DNA of 64,000 nt from Rebecca billardiae RCC1528 (taxonomy: Eukaryota > Protista > Haptophyta), in NCBI GenBank assembly GCA_965240325.2, contig OZ251224.1, forward strand, positions 3,348,001-3,412,000. Reading direction: 5' to 3'. Below the pieces are notes generated by a model. It was not told the origin of the DNA and did not search any database. It was given only the letters and a program-made list of their open reading frames with translations. Below, piece after piece: positions 10,932 to 21,760 of this stretch. Made by a program: the position numbers and the translations under genes. Within the stretch, counting starts at the first letter, position 1. Every line of letters begins with the position of its first letter.

Positions 10932-13900
10932 ATGCAGCGCGTGCGCGCGAGGGGGTGGGGCAGGCTGCTCGCCGCCTGCGTGTGCGTTCTTGGCACGCGC
11001 CTGGCAAGCGGGCAGGTGCGCCACGACGGCTCGCTCGCGCCGAGCGTGCGCCACGGCCTCGCGCGGCCGGCGGCGCGCCTCACGTTTGCCCTGAGCGCGG
11101 GCCGCGGCAGCAGTGGGGCTGGTCGCCGGTTGGGCGGGGATGTGGACGGCGGCTCGCCGGCTGAGCGAGATCCCGAGCGCTTTGGCGAGCCGCTGCCGAT
11201 CAACGTCACCCTGCAGAACGCGGGCGCGTGGGAGGCGGTCCCGCATGACGACGGCCACGTGTGGCGAGCAACCCTCGCGTGCCCCGGGGCTCGTTCGCTG
11301 CACGTGTACGCCGAGCGCTTCCGGCTGCTCCCCGGCGACCGGCTATACGTGCACAACGGGCGCGGCGCAGGCTCGCGCGGCGCGTACACCGCGCACAACA
11401 ACGCACCGCACGGCACGTTTGCAACGTCGCCGCTGCCAGGTGCGCCGCCGGCGCTCGCGCTCCCTCCCGGCTGTGGCGCGCCCCGCCGTCGGCGTGCGCG
11501 CGCGCGCCGCGCCTGAGCATCCGCCGCACCCGTCCGTTCCCGCCGCCTCCCCCCGCCGCGCGCGCCTTTGCGCCACGCGCAGGTGACGAGCTGCACCTCG
11601 AATTTGTCCCGGGCCCCGCACGCGCGCCGCAGCGGCCGTCTGCGCACGGGGCCCGGGGAGCGCCGCACCCGCCCTCGGCGCCGGAGGGCGAGGTGGACTC
11701 GCAGCAGCTCGCGCGGCTGCTCGAGCTGACGCTGGTGCGTCTTCGCACGCACCCTCCCCGCGCCCGCGCCCGCGCCCAGCCACCCCCGCGCGCGTGCTCA
11801 CTGGGCTGCGCGCTGTCGCGTCCGCGCACCCGCCCCGTGCACGCTGTGTTCATGCGCTCGCGCCCGCGCTCGCGCCCGCGCCGCGCAGCTCGTCGCCGGC
11901 ACGACGCCGCTGTTCGGCGAGGAGAAATGGGCGGCGGCGAAAGGGCACGCGCTCCTGCCGCGCGAGGCGCCACTCGCGCACGCGGCAGTCGGCGCGGGCG
12001 GCGCGGTCGCCCATCCCGACCCCGCTGGCGGCTCCAGCTACTCGGCAGCAGGCGGCGGCGCGCCTGGGCTTGAGGCCGGCGCGGTCACGGCTGAGGGCGG
12101 CGCGGGCGCGACGGCGGGGCCCGAGGAGAAGTCGAGCCCGACCGTCCGCATCTCGTCGTGGATCTCGAGCTCGGGCGACTGCATGGTCAACCTCGCCTGC
12201 CAGCAGGGCCATCGGTGGGAGCCGCAGGCGGCGGGCGTCGCTGCGATCATCGAGCATCACACCGCGTCTGTGTGTACTGGCACGCTCATCAACTCGCTCG
12301 ACAACGCCAAGCCTCGGCAGTACCTGCTCACCGCGTTCCACTGCGTGCGCTCGCGCGTGGAGGCGTCGGACTTCGACCCCGACGACAACTTCCTCCCGTG
12401 GTCCTTCCTCTTCAACTGGCAGAGCACCGAGTGCGACGACAACACGCCGCCCGCCGCGGGCGTGCGGCACGTCGGCGCGATCGACTCGGTCTATGGCGCG
12501 ACGGTGCGCGCGTACGGCAACGACACGGACTTCGCGCTGATCGAGATCCACGAGTCGATCCCGGAGAGCTTCCACGTGCACTACAACGGGTGGGACGCGC
12601 GCGGCATCACGCCCAACATGTCGCTCATCATCCACCACCCCACCTCCGACCTGAAGAAGATTACGATCGACTACAACGCGCCGCAGACCAAGCCTTTTGG
12701 CGGGATCGGCTACTACCAGGTCATCTTTGGGCGGCGGCGCGTGTGGCGCTCGCCGCACTGGTACGTGGAGCGGTACGAGGTGGGCTCGACCGAGGGCGGC
12801 TCCTCCGGCGGCCCGCTCTTCGACTGGTACGGCCGGCTCATCGGCGTGCTGCACGGCGGCTACGCCGACTGCGGCAACCCGCGCGCAGACTGGTACGGCA
12901 AGCTCTTCCACTTCTTCGACGACGACGGCAAGTGGGGCCAGAGCGGGCCGCACCGCTCGATCGGCGCGTACCTCGACCCGTACGGCACGGGCGTGCGCAT
13001 GACCGACGGCACGTGGGATACGCCGCACGCCGTCGCCAACCGCCTCGACGCTGGCGTCCAGCTGTCAGCGAGGGTGCGCGCGAGCGCTTCGTGCGGCGCG
13101 CGGCCACCTGCGCCCCTCGGCGCGGGCGGGCGCGCGCGCGCATGCCCCGAGGTCTCACGCACGAACGGCGCGCGCGCGCGCGCGCGCGCTCGCAGGTACT
13201 CACGTTCGGCCCGACGGGCGGGCGGCACGCGGATCACGCGCTCTCGGTCTCGCTCCTCGCGCCGCCGCGCGCGGACGTGGTGGTGAGCGTGCAAGTCCAC
13301 GGCGACCCGGACCGGTGCTTCCACGTGCACCCGGCGCGCGCCGAGTTCACGCCGGCCGATTGGGAGAGCGTCCGATGGCTGACGGTGTCGTGGGACTCGG
13401 AGGCGTGCGCCGCGGTGAGCTGCGCGCTGCGTCTGCTCGTGAGCTCCGACGACTCGGCCTTCGACTCGAGCGAGCCGCTCGAGGTCGCACTGCGCGTCGC
13501 GCACCTTCCGGACGGCGGCAGCGGCGACGACGACAACGCGCACGGGTACGAATCAGTCGGCTGCTTCGCCGGGCTCCCGGCCGACCACAAGCGCGTGCGC
13601 CAGCCGGCGATCTCGGCGCGCGCGTGCCACGGCCCGTGCGTCGAAGCGGGCTACGACTACTTCCTCCTGGGCGGCGGCTCGTGCTATTGCCTCACCGCCG
13701 CGGCCGTGGACCGTGAGCTGCCAAACGACGACCTGCCGACGAGCGCGTGCCGCTCGCTCTCGCTCGAGCCGCCGCACTTCCACCTGTACCGCACGCGGCT
13801 GCTCGGCACCGTGCTCGCGGCGAGCGCGCAGGTGGCGGCGCGCGATGCGCGGTCGGCCCCGTCGCGCGGCGGCGGCAAGCGGGCAGCGGTGGGCGCGTGG

Positions 13901-14047
13901 ATGCTCGCCGTGGCGGGAGTGCTCGCCGTGCTCGCCGCCGTCGGCTACTACCGCGGCCGCATCGCACAGCGCCGCCAGCGTAAGGTCGCGGTGGCACCAG
14001 CAGGGACGAGGTCGACGCCGCTGCAACCGCCCGCCATGATGCTGTAA
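10932..14047 (+). CDS. Membrane-anchored lysyl-endopeptidase-like (Achromobacter protease I type, S1) serine protease with a WSC-like domain; exons 10932-11439, 11583-11734, 11889-13073, 13196-14047
   Basis: Catalytic triad in LLTAFHC, DTDFALI and TEGGSSGGPLF, plus family motifs YNGWD, IHHPTSDLKKI and GVLHGG. Prodomain WRATL..PGARSL..GAYT..NN. Three GT-AG introns restore the frame. C-terminus has YESVGCF..C...C....Y.YF...G.SCYC, a TM helix and a basic tail. Confidence 0.85.
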
Positions 14048-14144
14048 TAAATCATCCTCCATGGTGTAGCTACAGAGACTACGTACTCGATCACGTCAGC
14101 ATATCATCAGGCGCTGACTAAGATGATCAGATTAGACCGACTTG

Positions 14145-14269
<125 letters not shown>

Positions 14270-14371
14270 CCATACTAAATAAGACTATACTAATATACTA
14301 CTAAGCCTGCTACTGCATGCTGATCGGAGCGTCATCCGGACGATCGATATACAGCGCCTCTTATTACATAG

Positions 14372-14910
14372 TAGGCGCATCAATCGCGCGGCGGGCAATA
14401 AGAAACTGCCAGCAGGGCGCTTGCTATCTGCGGATCTGGCCTAGAAACTGAGACTAGCGATTGGCTGGTTCGCTATACGCATAGTCACACTAAGATGAGT
14501 CGTAAGAAACCGCGGGAAGCCTACGTCGTCACGGCTGACGAGTGGTCCGCCGAGGCGCAGTGCCCGTGGGACGCGGCGCGCGGCCCGACTACGAGTACAG
14601 GCCAAGTCCCGACTTCTCCTGCTGATGACTGACTCCTGGCCAGTGCACCGCAGCATCCATGCAACATCATGCCATGTTTATTGCTCCAGAATTGCCCAAA
14701 ATTAATCTTTGGCCTCGCCGGCCGGGCATAAAGACTCAGCGGGGGGCTCTGCCCCCCTGCCCCCCTGCACCCCCCGCGCTGCGCGGCGGGCGGACCTCTA
14801 GCTAAGAAACGGAGACTCCGTAGGCGCTCGGGCTACCGAACGGCTAAGAAACCGAGACTATTAACCGTGAGATCTCTCACTTCTTACAATATTGCCCGCG
14901 ATTGCCTGTA
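14372..14910. mobile_element. Non-autonomous TIR element (MITE), Tc1/mariner-like termini
   Basis: The right end ...TATTGCCCGCGATTGCCTG|TA is the inverse of the degraded left end TAGGC..CAATCGCG..GGGCAATAAGAAA. TAAGAAAC subterminal motifs are repeated, and 14658-14910 is homologous to 34975-35211. Confidence 0.7.
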
Positions 14911-15142
14911 TGAGTAATATGCGCTGCGATATCGAAGACCGCCGAGTCGTCACTAGGCTCACTGACGGCCCGCGTCACTGCTGCTGCTGCCTGCTGGTGA
15001 GCGTGCAGGCGGCGCAATCGCGTCAGCAATGCTGATGCTGCTCTGACTACGATCATGGCACAATAATAACAGCAATCATATCGTCAGCAGGCCCTTTTCG
15101 TGATCCGTGCCGGACTCATGCAGTCAGAGCAAAGGAACATCA

Positions 15143-17431
15143 TCAAATGTCAGAGCCGGAGTCTACCTCGGAGTGCCCCGGCGAGTATGCGGCCAATGCG
15201 CGCGGCGGGCCGCGCGCGGCGTGCACGCCGCGAGGCAGAGGCCGCGCGGCTACGTGCACGCCCCCGGAGTAGACTGTGCGTGGTCGGACTGCCACCGGCA
15301 CCGTCCTGGCGTCCGTGTGTGCGCGGACAAAAAGCGGCTCAGAGCGATCCACATAGACGCCAGTCGCGCAACCAGCCGCCAGCACAGCAGCCAACGCCGA
15401 CCCGGTCTCGTCCGCATCCTCATTCAGGTCGTCCAGGTCCGGCAGGTTTGCGCCCTCGTACCACTTGAACTCAGCTGTGAGAATCGTCCGAACCCCGTCC
15501 TCAGAGCGGCGAGGGCGACTGGGTGATGCCAATGGATGAGGCCCGTGAAGCAGCTCAAACTTCTTGTCCTTCCTGTACGCCTTCCCTCCGGAGCACTGGA
15601 CGCCGCCAAAGAGCAGAATGGCGTTGCCGTGAACCGCGGCGGCGTGATGCGAGCGAGGCCCTCCAGGGAACGCACACGTTGTTTTCCACCCGTTCGCCGT
15701 ATTGCCGAGCTCGAGGAAGTGCGAGGCCGAGCTGGGCGCGCACGACGTCGCCTGCAGCTGTTGCTCCGGAACGAGCCCACCGAGCACGTGCAGCTTGTTG
15801 CGGAAGACGACCATCGCCGCATGCGCGCACGGCTCGGGCAGGTCGGCCAAGGCCACCCACTCGTCCTGCTCGGCGGGCGTGTACTTCCAGACGGTGGCTT
15901 GCGGGCGGCCGCTCGGGTCAAAGCCGCCGGCGACGTAGACCGAGCCGTCGTGCACGGTGGCGGCCGCACCGCGCCTCGGAGAGGGCAGTCGGCTCACCTC
16001 GTGCCACTCGTCGAGGTCGGGCGACCACCGAGCGCAGAGCGCCGTCGCGTCATCCGTGCCCGTTGGAGCAGTCGAGCCGGAGCCACGGTCGGATGCGTCG
16101 TCTGTGCCACCGCCAAGGACGTAGATCCATCCGTCGAGGACGCACGCGGCGGCGGCGCCATGCGCGCGCTGCATCCGACCAGCCACCGACCACTGGCGCC
16201 GCGCAGCGTCATACCGGTGGATGTCGCCTTCGCCTCCGTGGAGCAGGTGCAGCGCGCCGGCGTAGAAGACCGGCATGGGCTGTGCCGTGCGGCGCGCGCA
16301 TGCACCAGCGGGGGCGGGCGGGAAGGGCTCGAGAGAGCACCAGCTAGTGCTGCTGACGCCGCGATACATGGAGCCCGCGATGACCTTGAGGCCACGCTGA
16401 CCACCGACATACAGCCCGAGGGGGTCCTCGACCGACAATCGGTAGCCATCGTCGGCGTCGCTGCCGCTCGGAGACGTCGCTGCTGGAAGGAGTCCGTCAG
16501 ACCGTGCGTCCTCGAGCTCGAGCAGGAACAAGCATGCGGGCCGTTCGTCGTTTTCGCGCGGCTGCGAGCGCAGGGAGGACATGGAGCGGCGGAACGGAGC
16601 GTCCGAGACCGTGAACTCGTACGACTCGGTGACCAGTGTCTTCAGACGCTGGCCGCAGCCGGCGTCGAGGATCAACGAGTCCGGGCGGCGCCAGAGCGCG
16701 ATGAGAGCGGGCGCGGGCAAGCGGTGGTACTGCACGCGCTCGAGGAGCTCGCGGAGCTTGCCGATGCGGTTGATGCGGTCGAGGCGGACCCAGTCGAGCA
16801 CAGCTCGCAGAACGCAGACTTCCGGCACGGCCACCTCGCTGCTCTCCAGGACGGCACAGATCGTCTCGAACGAGCATTGGAGCTCTGCATCGCGCGCGAC
16901 GAGTGCGTCGAGGTGCTTCGCGATCAGCTTCACAGCGTCGCGCTTGAGGTTGTACAAGTGGCAGTCCTCGGCAAGCGAGAAGGCAGACAGCGCGCCGTCC
17001 AGCGTCAGATGCCATTGGAGCAGGTTGGCGCAGCTCTGCTTCAGCCGCGGTATGCCGAGGAAGTTTGCGGCGCGGGCCAGCATCTCGACGTCGGCCAGCT
17101 CGACCACCGTGCGCGCGCTGTACAGATACTCGAGGATCCGCTCGAATGTCTCGCATTCGATCCCTTGCAGAGCGACGCTGCCCATCTGTGCCTCGACTAA
17201 GTTCGACTTGAACATCGCGCTGAAGTACTCCGAGCCTGCGGACAGAATGCACCGATGGCACGAATACGACTTGTTGCCGAGCGTGATCGTCGCGTCGGTG
17301 AGGGCCTTCTCCTCGTACAGCGACAGAAAACCGCGGTCACGCTCGCGCACGTTGTCGCTCAGCTGAGAGTCCGTGATCTCGACGCCGCTCCGCGGCTCGT
17401 CGTCCTCGCGCACGCGCTTGTTCGGGAGCAT
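15143..17431 (-). CDS. BTB-BACK-Kelch (KLHL-like) protein, copy 1
   Basis: BTB motif TDATI...CHRCILSAGSEYFSAMF; BACK motif EVCVLRAVLDWV; Kelch repeats IYVLGG, VYVAGG, LHVLGG and ILLFGG. Likely start is MLPNKR at 17431. Confidence 0.9.
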   Translation of the reverse strand: MLPNKRVREDDEPRSGVEITDSQLSDNVRERDRGFLSLYEEKALTDATITLGNKSYSCHRCILSAGSEYFSAMFKSNLVEAQMGSVALQGIECETFERILEYLYSARTVVELADVEMLARAANFLGIPRLKQSCANLLQWHLTLDGALSAFSLAEDCHLYNLKRDAVKLIAKHLDALVARDAELQCSFETICAVLESSEVAVPEVCVLRAVLDWVRLDRINRIGKLRELLERVQYHRLPAPALIALWRRPDSLILDAGCGQRLKTLVTESYEFTVSDAPFRRSMSSLRSQPRENDERPACLFLLELEDARSDGLLPAATSPSGSDADDGYRLSVEDPLGLYVGGQRGLKVIAGSMYRGVSSTSWCSLEPFPPAPAGACARRTAQPMPVFYAGALHLLHGGEGDIHRYDAARRQWSVAGRMQRAHGAAAACVLDGWIYVLGGGTDDASDRGSGSTAPTGTDDATALCARWSPDLDEWHEVSRLPSPRRGAAATVHDGSVYVAGGFDPSGRPQATVWKYTPAEQDEWVALADLPEPCAHAAMVVFRNKLHVLGGLVPEQQLQATSCAPSSASHFLELGNTANGWKTTCAFPGGPRSHHAAAVHGNAILLFGGVQCSGGKAYRKDKKFELLHGPHPLASPSRPRRSEDGVRTILTAEFKWYEGANLPDLDDLNEDADETGSALAAVLAAGCATGVYVDRSEPLFVRAHTDARTVPVAVRPRTVYSGGVHVAARPLPRGVHAARGPPRALAAYSPGHSEVDSGSDI

Positions 17432-17631
17432 CGCGGCGAGGCGGACGCCGCGCTCGCGACTGAAGTGGCGGTTGGACGGTCGAATTGATTGGATTTCTTT
17501 TCTGATGCTGACGCGCATTGATTTTCATATTTCCCAGAGCGCGCCCGACGATGAGATCGCTCGAGAGATCGGTGATGACCAACGGTCATCCTCGTCTAGT
17601 GCACTCGCCCGCCGGCGGCAAGTGGGGGAGC

Positions 17632-17758
17632 ATGGTCGAGATCGCGGACGACCCAGAGCTCGATCGCGTGCTCGCGGAGCTCGACCCCGACGCGGCGGTG
17701 GCGAAGCAGTCGTGCGATCAGCGATGTAATGGCTCGGCGTCGGTGCTCCCCGCGAAGG
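17632..17758 (+). pseudogene. Truncated 5' fragment of the HMG-box gene (duplicate 1)
   Basis: MVEIADDPELDRVLAELDPDAAVAKQSCD matches 24248 onward. Homology stops at CCCGCGAAGG, where the spacer element begins. Confidence 0.85.
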
Positions 17759-18470
17759 ATGTACCAACTCCTTTTGGATGTACCAACACGACACACGTCC
17801 GAAGATGTACCCACGTGCAGCAACGCATCCTAAAAATGTACCAAATGTCATTGGGTGTACCATTGTACGTACAGTACACTTTGGTACATACCTAGAACAT
17901 GTTCGTACATTTCACGATGTTACGGATGTACATACCAACTCCTCCCAAATATACCAACAGCTCGTCCGAAAATTCGAAAAAGCACCAAGGTGTAGTCCGA
18001 ATGTGATGACCAAAATGTAACATACCATATGTGTACCAACCGGACTAGTTGGTACATTTTTGGTAGTTACACCCTGGGACTACAGTTTACTGACAATAAG
18101 AGACGCACACAGCTCACAGGCATGAGGCAGGCGAGATCACAGTATTACGATTTATTGGTACATTCCGCGAGAATTTGGTATATACACTTGGTACATTTTC
18201 AGGACGAGTTGGTATACACTTTGGGGAGCAGTTAGTAGACATTTACTATGCAGGGAGGATCTTACACACTTGGTACACCTTTCAGTGTGCAAACTGGTAC
18301 ACATTGGACATTGGTGGTACACATTGGTACACTCGAGAAATGTATACCAATGTGTACCAATGTGTACCAACATTTTCCATGGTACATCGCCTGAGCTCGG
18401 TACACTCCGGTTCTGAGCTCGGTTTGGTCGATCTAACCGAGTCGTATTGCACCTCCGAACGTAGCCAGCC
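17759..18470. mobile_element. AT-rich foldback-like element built from GTAC / TGTACCAA subrepeats, copy 1
   Basis: About 23 GTAC sites in about 650 bp. Imperfect inverted arms at ~17927-17995 and ~18181-18242, and hairpins at 18032-18056 and 18315-18369. Confidence 0.6.
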
Positions 18471-20721
18471 GCTGGCCGCGCGCGGCGCGCACGCCAGGTG
18501 GAGGCAGCGCGGCGGCGCGCACGCCAGGTGGAGGCAGCGCGGCGCGCACGCCCCCGGAGTAGACTGTGCGTGGTCGGACTGCCACCGGCACCGTCCTGGC
18601 GTCCGTGTGTGCGCGGACAAAAGGCGGCTCAGAGCGATCCACATAGACGCCAGTCGCGCAACCAGCCGCCAGCACAGCAGCCAACGCCGACCCGGTCTCG
18701 TCCGCATCCTCATTCAGGTCGTCCAGGTCCGGCAGGTTTGCCCCCTCGTACCACTTGAACTCAGCTGTGAGAATCGTCCGAACCCCGTCCTCAGAGCGGC
18801 GAGGGCGACTGGGTGATGCCAATGGATGGGGCCCGTGAAGCAGCTCAAACTTCTTGTCCTTCCTGTACGCCTTCCCACCGGAGCACTGGACGCCGCCAAA
18901 GAGCAGAATTGCGTTGCCGTGAACCGCGGCGGCGTGATGCGAGCGAGGCCCTCCAGGGAACGCACACGTTGTTTTCCACCCGTTCGCCGTATTGCCGAGC
19001 TCGAGGAAGTGCGAGGCCGAGCTGGGCGCGCACGACGTCGCCTGCAGCTGTTGCTCCGGAACGAGCCCACCGAGCACGTGCAGCTTGTTGCGGAAGACGA
19101 CCATCGCCGCATGCGCGCACGGCTCGGGCAGGTCGGCCAAGGCCACCCACTCGTCCTGCTCGGCGGGCGTGTACTTCCAGACGGTGGCTTGCGGGCGGCC
19201 GCTCGGGTCAAAGCCGCCGGCGACGTAGACCGAGCCGTCGTGCACGGTGGCGGCCGCACCGCGCCTCGGAGAGGGCAGTCGGCTCACCTCGTGCCACTCG
19301 TCGAGGTCGGGCGACCACCGAGCGCAGAGCGCCGTCGCGTCATCCGTGCCCGTTGGAGCAGTCGAGCCGGAGCCACGGTCGGATGCGTCGTCTGTGCCAC
19401 CGCCAAGGACGTAGATCCATCCGTCGAGGACGCACGCGGCGGCGGCGCCATGCGCGCGCTGCATCCGACCAGCCACCGACCACTGGCGCCGCGCAGCGTC
19501 ATACCGGTGGATGTCGCCTTCGCCTCCGTGGAGCAGGTGCAGCGCGCCGGCGTAGAAGACCGGCATGGGCTGTGCCGTGCGGCGCGCGCATGCACCAGCG
19601 GGGGCGGGCGGGAAGGGCTCGAGAGAGCACCAGCTAGTGCTGCTGACGCCGCGATACATGGAGCCCGCGATGACCTTGAGGCCACGCTGACCACCGACAT
19701 ACAGCCCGAGGGGGTCCTCGACCGACAATCGGTAGCCATCGTCGGCGTCGCTGCCGCTCGGAGACGTCGCTGCTGGAAGGAGTCCGTCAGACCGTGCGTC
19801 CTCGAGCTCGAGCAGGAACAAGCATGCGGGCCGTTCGTCGTTTTCGCGCGGCTGCGAGCGCAGGGAGGACATGGAGCGGCGGAACGGAGCGTCCGAGACC
19901 GTGAACTCGTACGACTCGGTGACCAGTGTCTTCAGACGCTGGCCGCAGCCGGCGTCGAGGATCAACGAGTCCGGGCGGCGCCAGAGCGCGATGAGAGCGG
20001 GCGCGGGCAAGCGGTGGTACTGCACGCGCTCGAGGAGCTCGCGGAGCTTGCCGATGCGGTTGATGCGGTCGAGGCGGACCCAGTCGAGCACAGCTCGCAG
20101 AACGCAGACTTCCGGCACGGCCACCTCGCTGCTCTCCAGGACGGCACAGATCGTCTCGAACGAGCATTGGAGCTCTGCATCGCGCGCGACGAGTGCGTCG
20201 AGGTGCTTCGCGATCAGCTTCACAGCGTCGCGCTTGAGGTTGTACAAGTGGCAGTCCTCGGCAAGCGAGAAGGCAGACAGCGCGCCGTCCAGCGTCAGAT
20301 GCCATTGGAGCAGGTTGGCGCAGCTCTGCTTCAGCCGCGGTATGCCGAGGAAGTTTGCGGCGCGGGCCAGCATCTCGACGTCGGCCAGCTCGACCACCGT
20401 GCGCGCGCTGTACAGATACTCGAGGATCCGCTCGAATGTCTCGCATTCGATCCCTTGCAGAGCGACGCTGCCCATCTGTGCCTCGACTAAGTTCGACTTG
20501 AACATCGCGCTGAAGTACTCCGAGCCTGCGGACAGAATGCACCGATGGCACGAATACGACTTGTTGCCGAGCGTGATCGTCGCGTCGGTGAGGGCCTTCT
20601 CCTCGTACAGCGACAGAAAACCGCGGTCACGCTCGCGCACGTTGTCGCTCAGCTGAGAGTCCGTGATCTCGACGCCGCTCCGCGGCTCGTCGTCCTCGCG
20701 CACGCGCTTGTTCGGGAGCAT
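18433..20721 (-). CDS. BTB-BACK-Kelch protein, copy 2 (mosaic)
   Basis: Same motifs as copy 1. The unspliced frame ends inside the spacer element. Confidence 0.88.
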   Translation of the reverse strand: MLPNKRVREDDEPRSGVEITDSQLSDNVRERDRGFLSLYEEKALTDATITLGNKSYSCHRCILSAGSEYFSAMFKSNLVEAQMGSVALQGIECETFERILEYLYSARTVVELADVEMLARAANFLGIPRLKQSCANLLQWHLTLDGALSAFSLAEDCHLYNLKRDAVKLIAKHLDALVARDAELQCSFETICAVLESSEVAVPEVCVLRAVLDWVRLDRINRIGKLRELLERVQYHRLPAPALIALWRRPDSLILDAGCGQRLKTLVTESYEFTVSDAPFRRSMSSLRSQPRENDERPACLFLLELEDARSDGLLPAATSPSGSDADDGYRLSVEDPLGLYVGGQRGLKVIAGSMYRGVSSTSWCSLEPFPPAPAGACARRTAQPMPVFYAGALHLLHGGEGDIHRYDAARRQWSVAGRMQRAHGAAAACVLDGWIYVLGGGTDDASDRGSGSTAPTGTDDATALCARWSPDLDEWHEVSRLPSPRRGAAATVHDGSVYVAGGFDPSGRPQATVWKYTPAEQDEWVALADLPEPCAHAAMVVFRNKLHVLGGLVPEQQLQATSCAPSSASHFLELGNTANGWKTTCAFPGGPRSHHAAAVHGNAILLFGGVQCSGGKAYRKDKKFELLHGPHPLASPSRPRRSEDGVRTILTAEFKWYEGANLPDLDDLNEDADETGSALAAVLAAGCATGVYVDRSEPPFVRAHTDARTVPVAVRPRTVYSGGVRAALPPPGVRAAALPPPGVRAARGQRLATFGGAIRLG

Positions 20722-20921
20722 CGCGGCGAGGCGGACGCCGCGCTCGCGACTGAAGTGGCGGTTGGACGGTCGAATTGATTGGATTTCTTTTCTGATGCTG
20801 ACGCGCATTGATTTTCATATTTCCCAGAGCGCGCCCGACGATGAGATCGCTCGAGAGATCGGTGATGACCAACGGTCATCCTCGTCTAGTGCACTCGCCC
20901 GCCGGCGGCAAGTGGGGGAGC

Positions 20922-21048
20922 ATGGTCGAGATCGCGGACGACCCAGAGCTCGATCGCGTGCTCGCGGAGCTCGACCCCGACGCGGCGGTGGCGAAGCAGT
21001 CGTGCGATCAGCGATGTAATGGCTCGGCGTCGGTGCTCCCCGCGAAGG
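20922..21048 (+). pseudogene. Truncated 5' fragment of the HMG-box gene (duplicate 2)
   Basis: Identical to 17632-17758. Confidence 0.85.
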
Positions 21049-21760
21049 ATGTACCAACTCCTTTTGGATGTACCAACACGACACACGTCCGAAGATGTAC
21101 CCACGTGCAGCAACGCATCCTAAAAATGTACCAAATGTCATTGGGTGTACCATTGTACGTACAGTACACTTTGGTACATACCTAGAACATGTTCGTACAT
21201 TTCACGATGTTACGGATGTACATACCAACTCCTCCCAAATATACCAACAGCTCGTCCGAAAATTCGAAAAAGCACCAAGGTGTAGTCCGAATGTGATGAC
21301 CAAAATGTAACATACCATATGTGTACCAACCGGACTAGTTGGTACATTTTTGGTAGTTACACCCTGGGACTACAGTTTACTGACAATAAGAGACGCACAC
21401 AGCTCACAGGCATGAGGCAGGCGAGATCACAGTATTACGATTTATTGGTACATTCCGCGAGAATTTGGTATATACACTTGGTACATTTTCAGGACGAGTT
21501 GGTATACACTTTGGGGAGCAGTTAGTAGACATTTACTATGCAGGGAGGATCTTACACACTTGGTACACCTTTCAGTGTGCAAACTGGTACACATTGGACA
21601 TTGGTGGTACACATTGGTACACTCGAGAAATGTATACCAATGTGTACCAATGTGTACCAACATTTTCCATGGTACATCGCCTGAGCTCGGTACACTCCGG
21701 TTCTGAGCTCGGTTTGGTCGATCTAACCGAGTCGTATTGCACCTCCGAACGTAGCCAGCC
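21049..21760. mobile_element. Foldback-like GTAC-rich element, copy 2
   Basis: Appears identical to 17759-18470. Confidence 0.6.

Noticed and set aside
10932-14047. Bacterial contamination explaining the Lys-C-like gene
   Set aside because: The gene has three host-style spliceosomal introns and host-like codon use, and is flanked by eukaryotic genes.
15536-17200. 554-aa plus-strand ORF repeated three times, and many similar antisense ORFs across the window
   Set aside because: These are antisense shadows of GC3-rich genes with no independent motifs.
17778-18816. Small ORFs rich in W/Y/T/H in the spacer
   Set aside because: They are translations of GTAC subrepeats with no protein-like signal.
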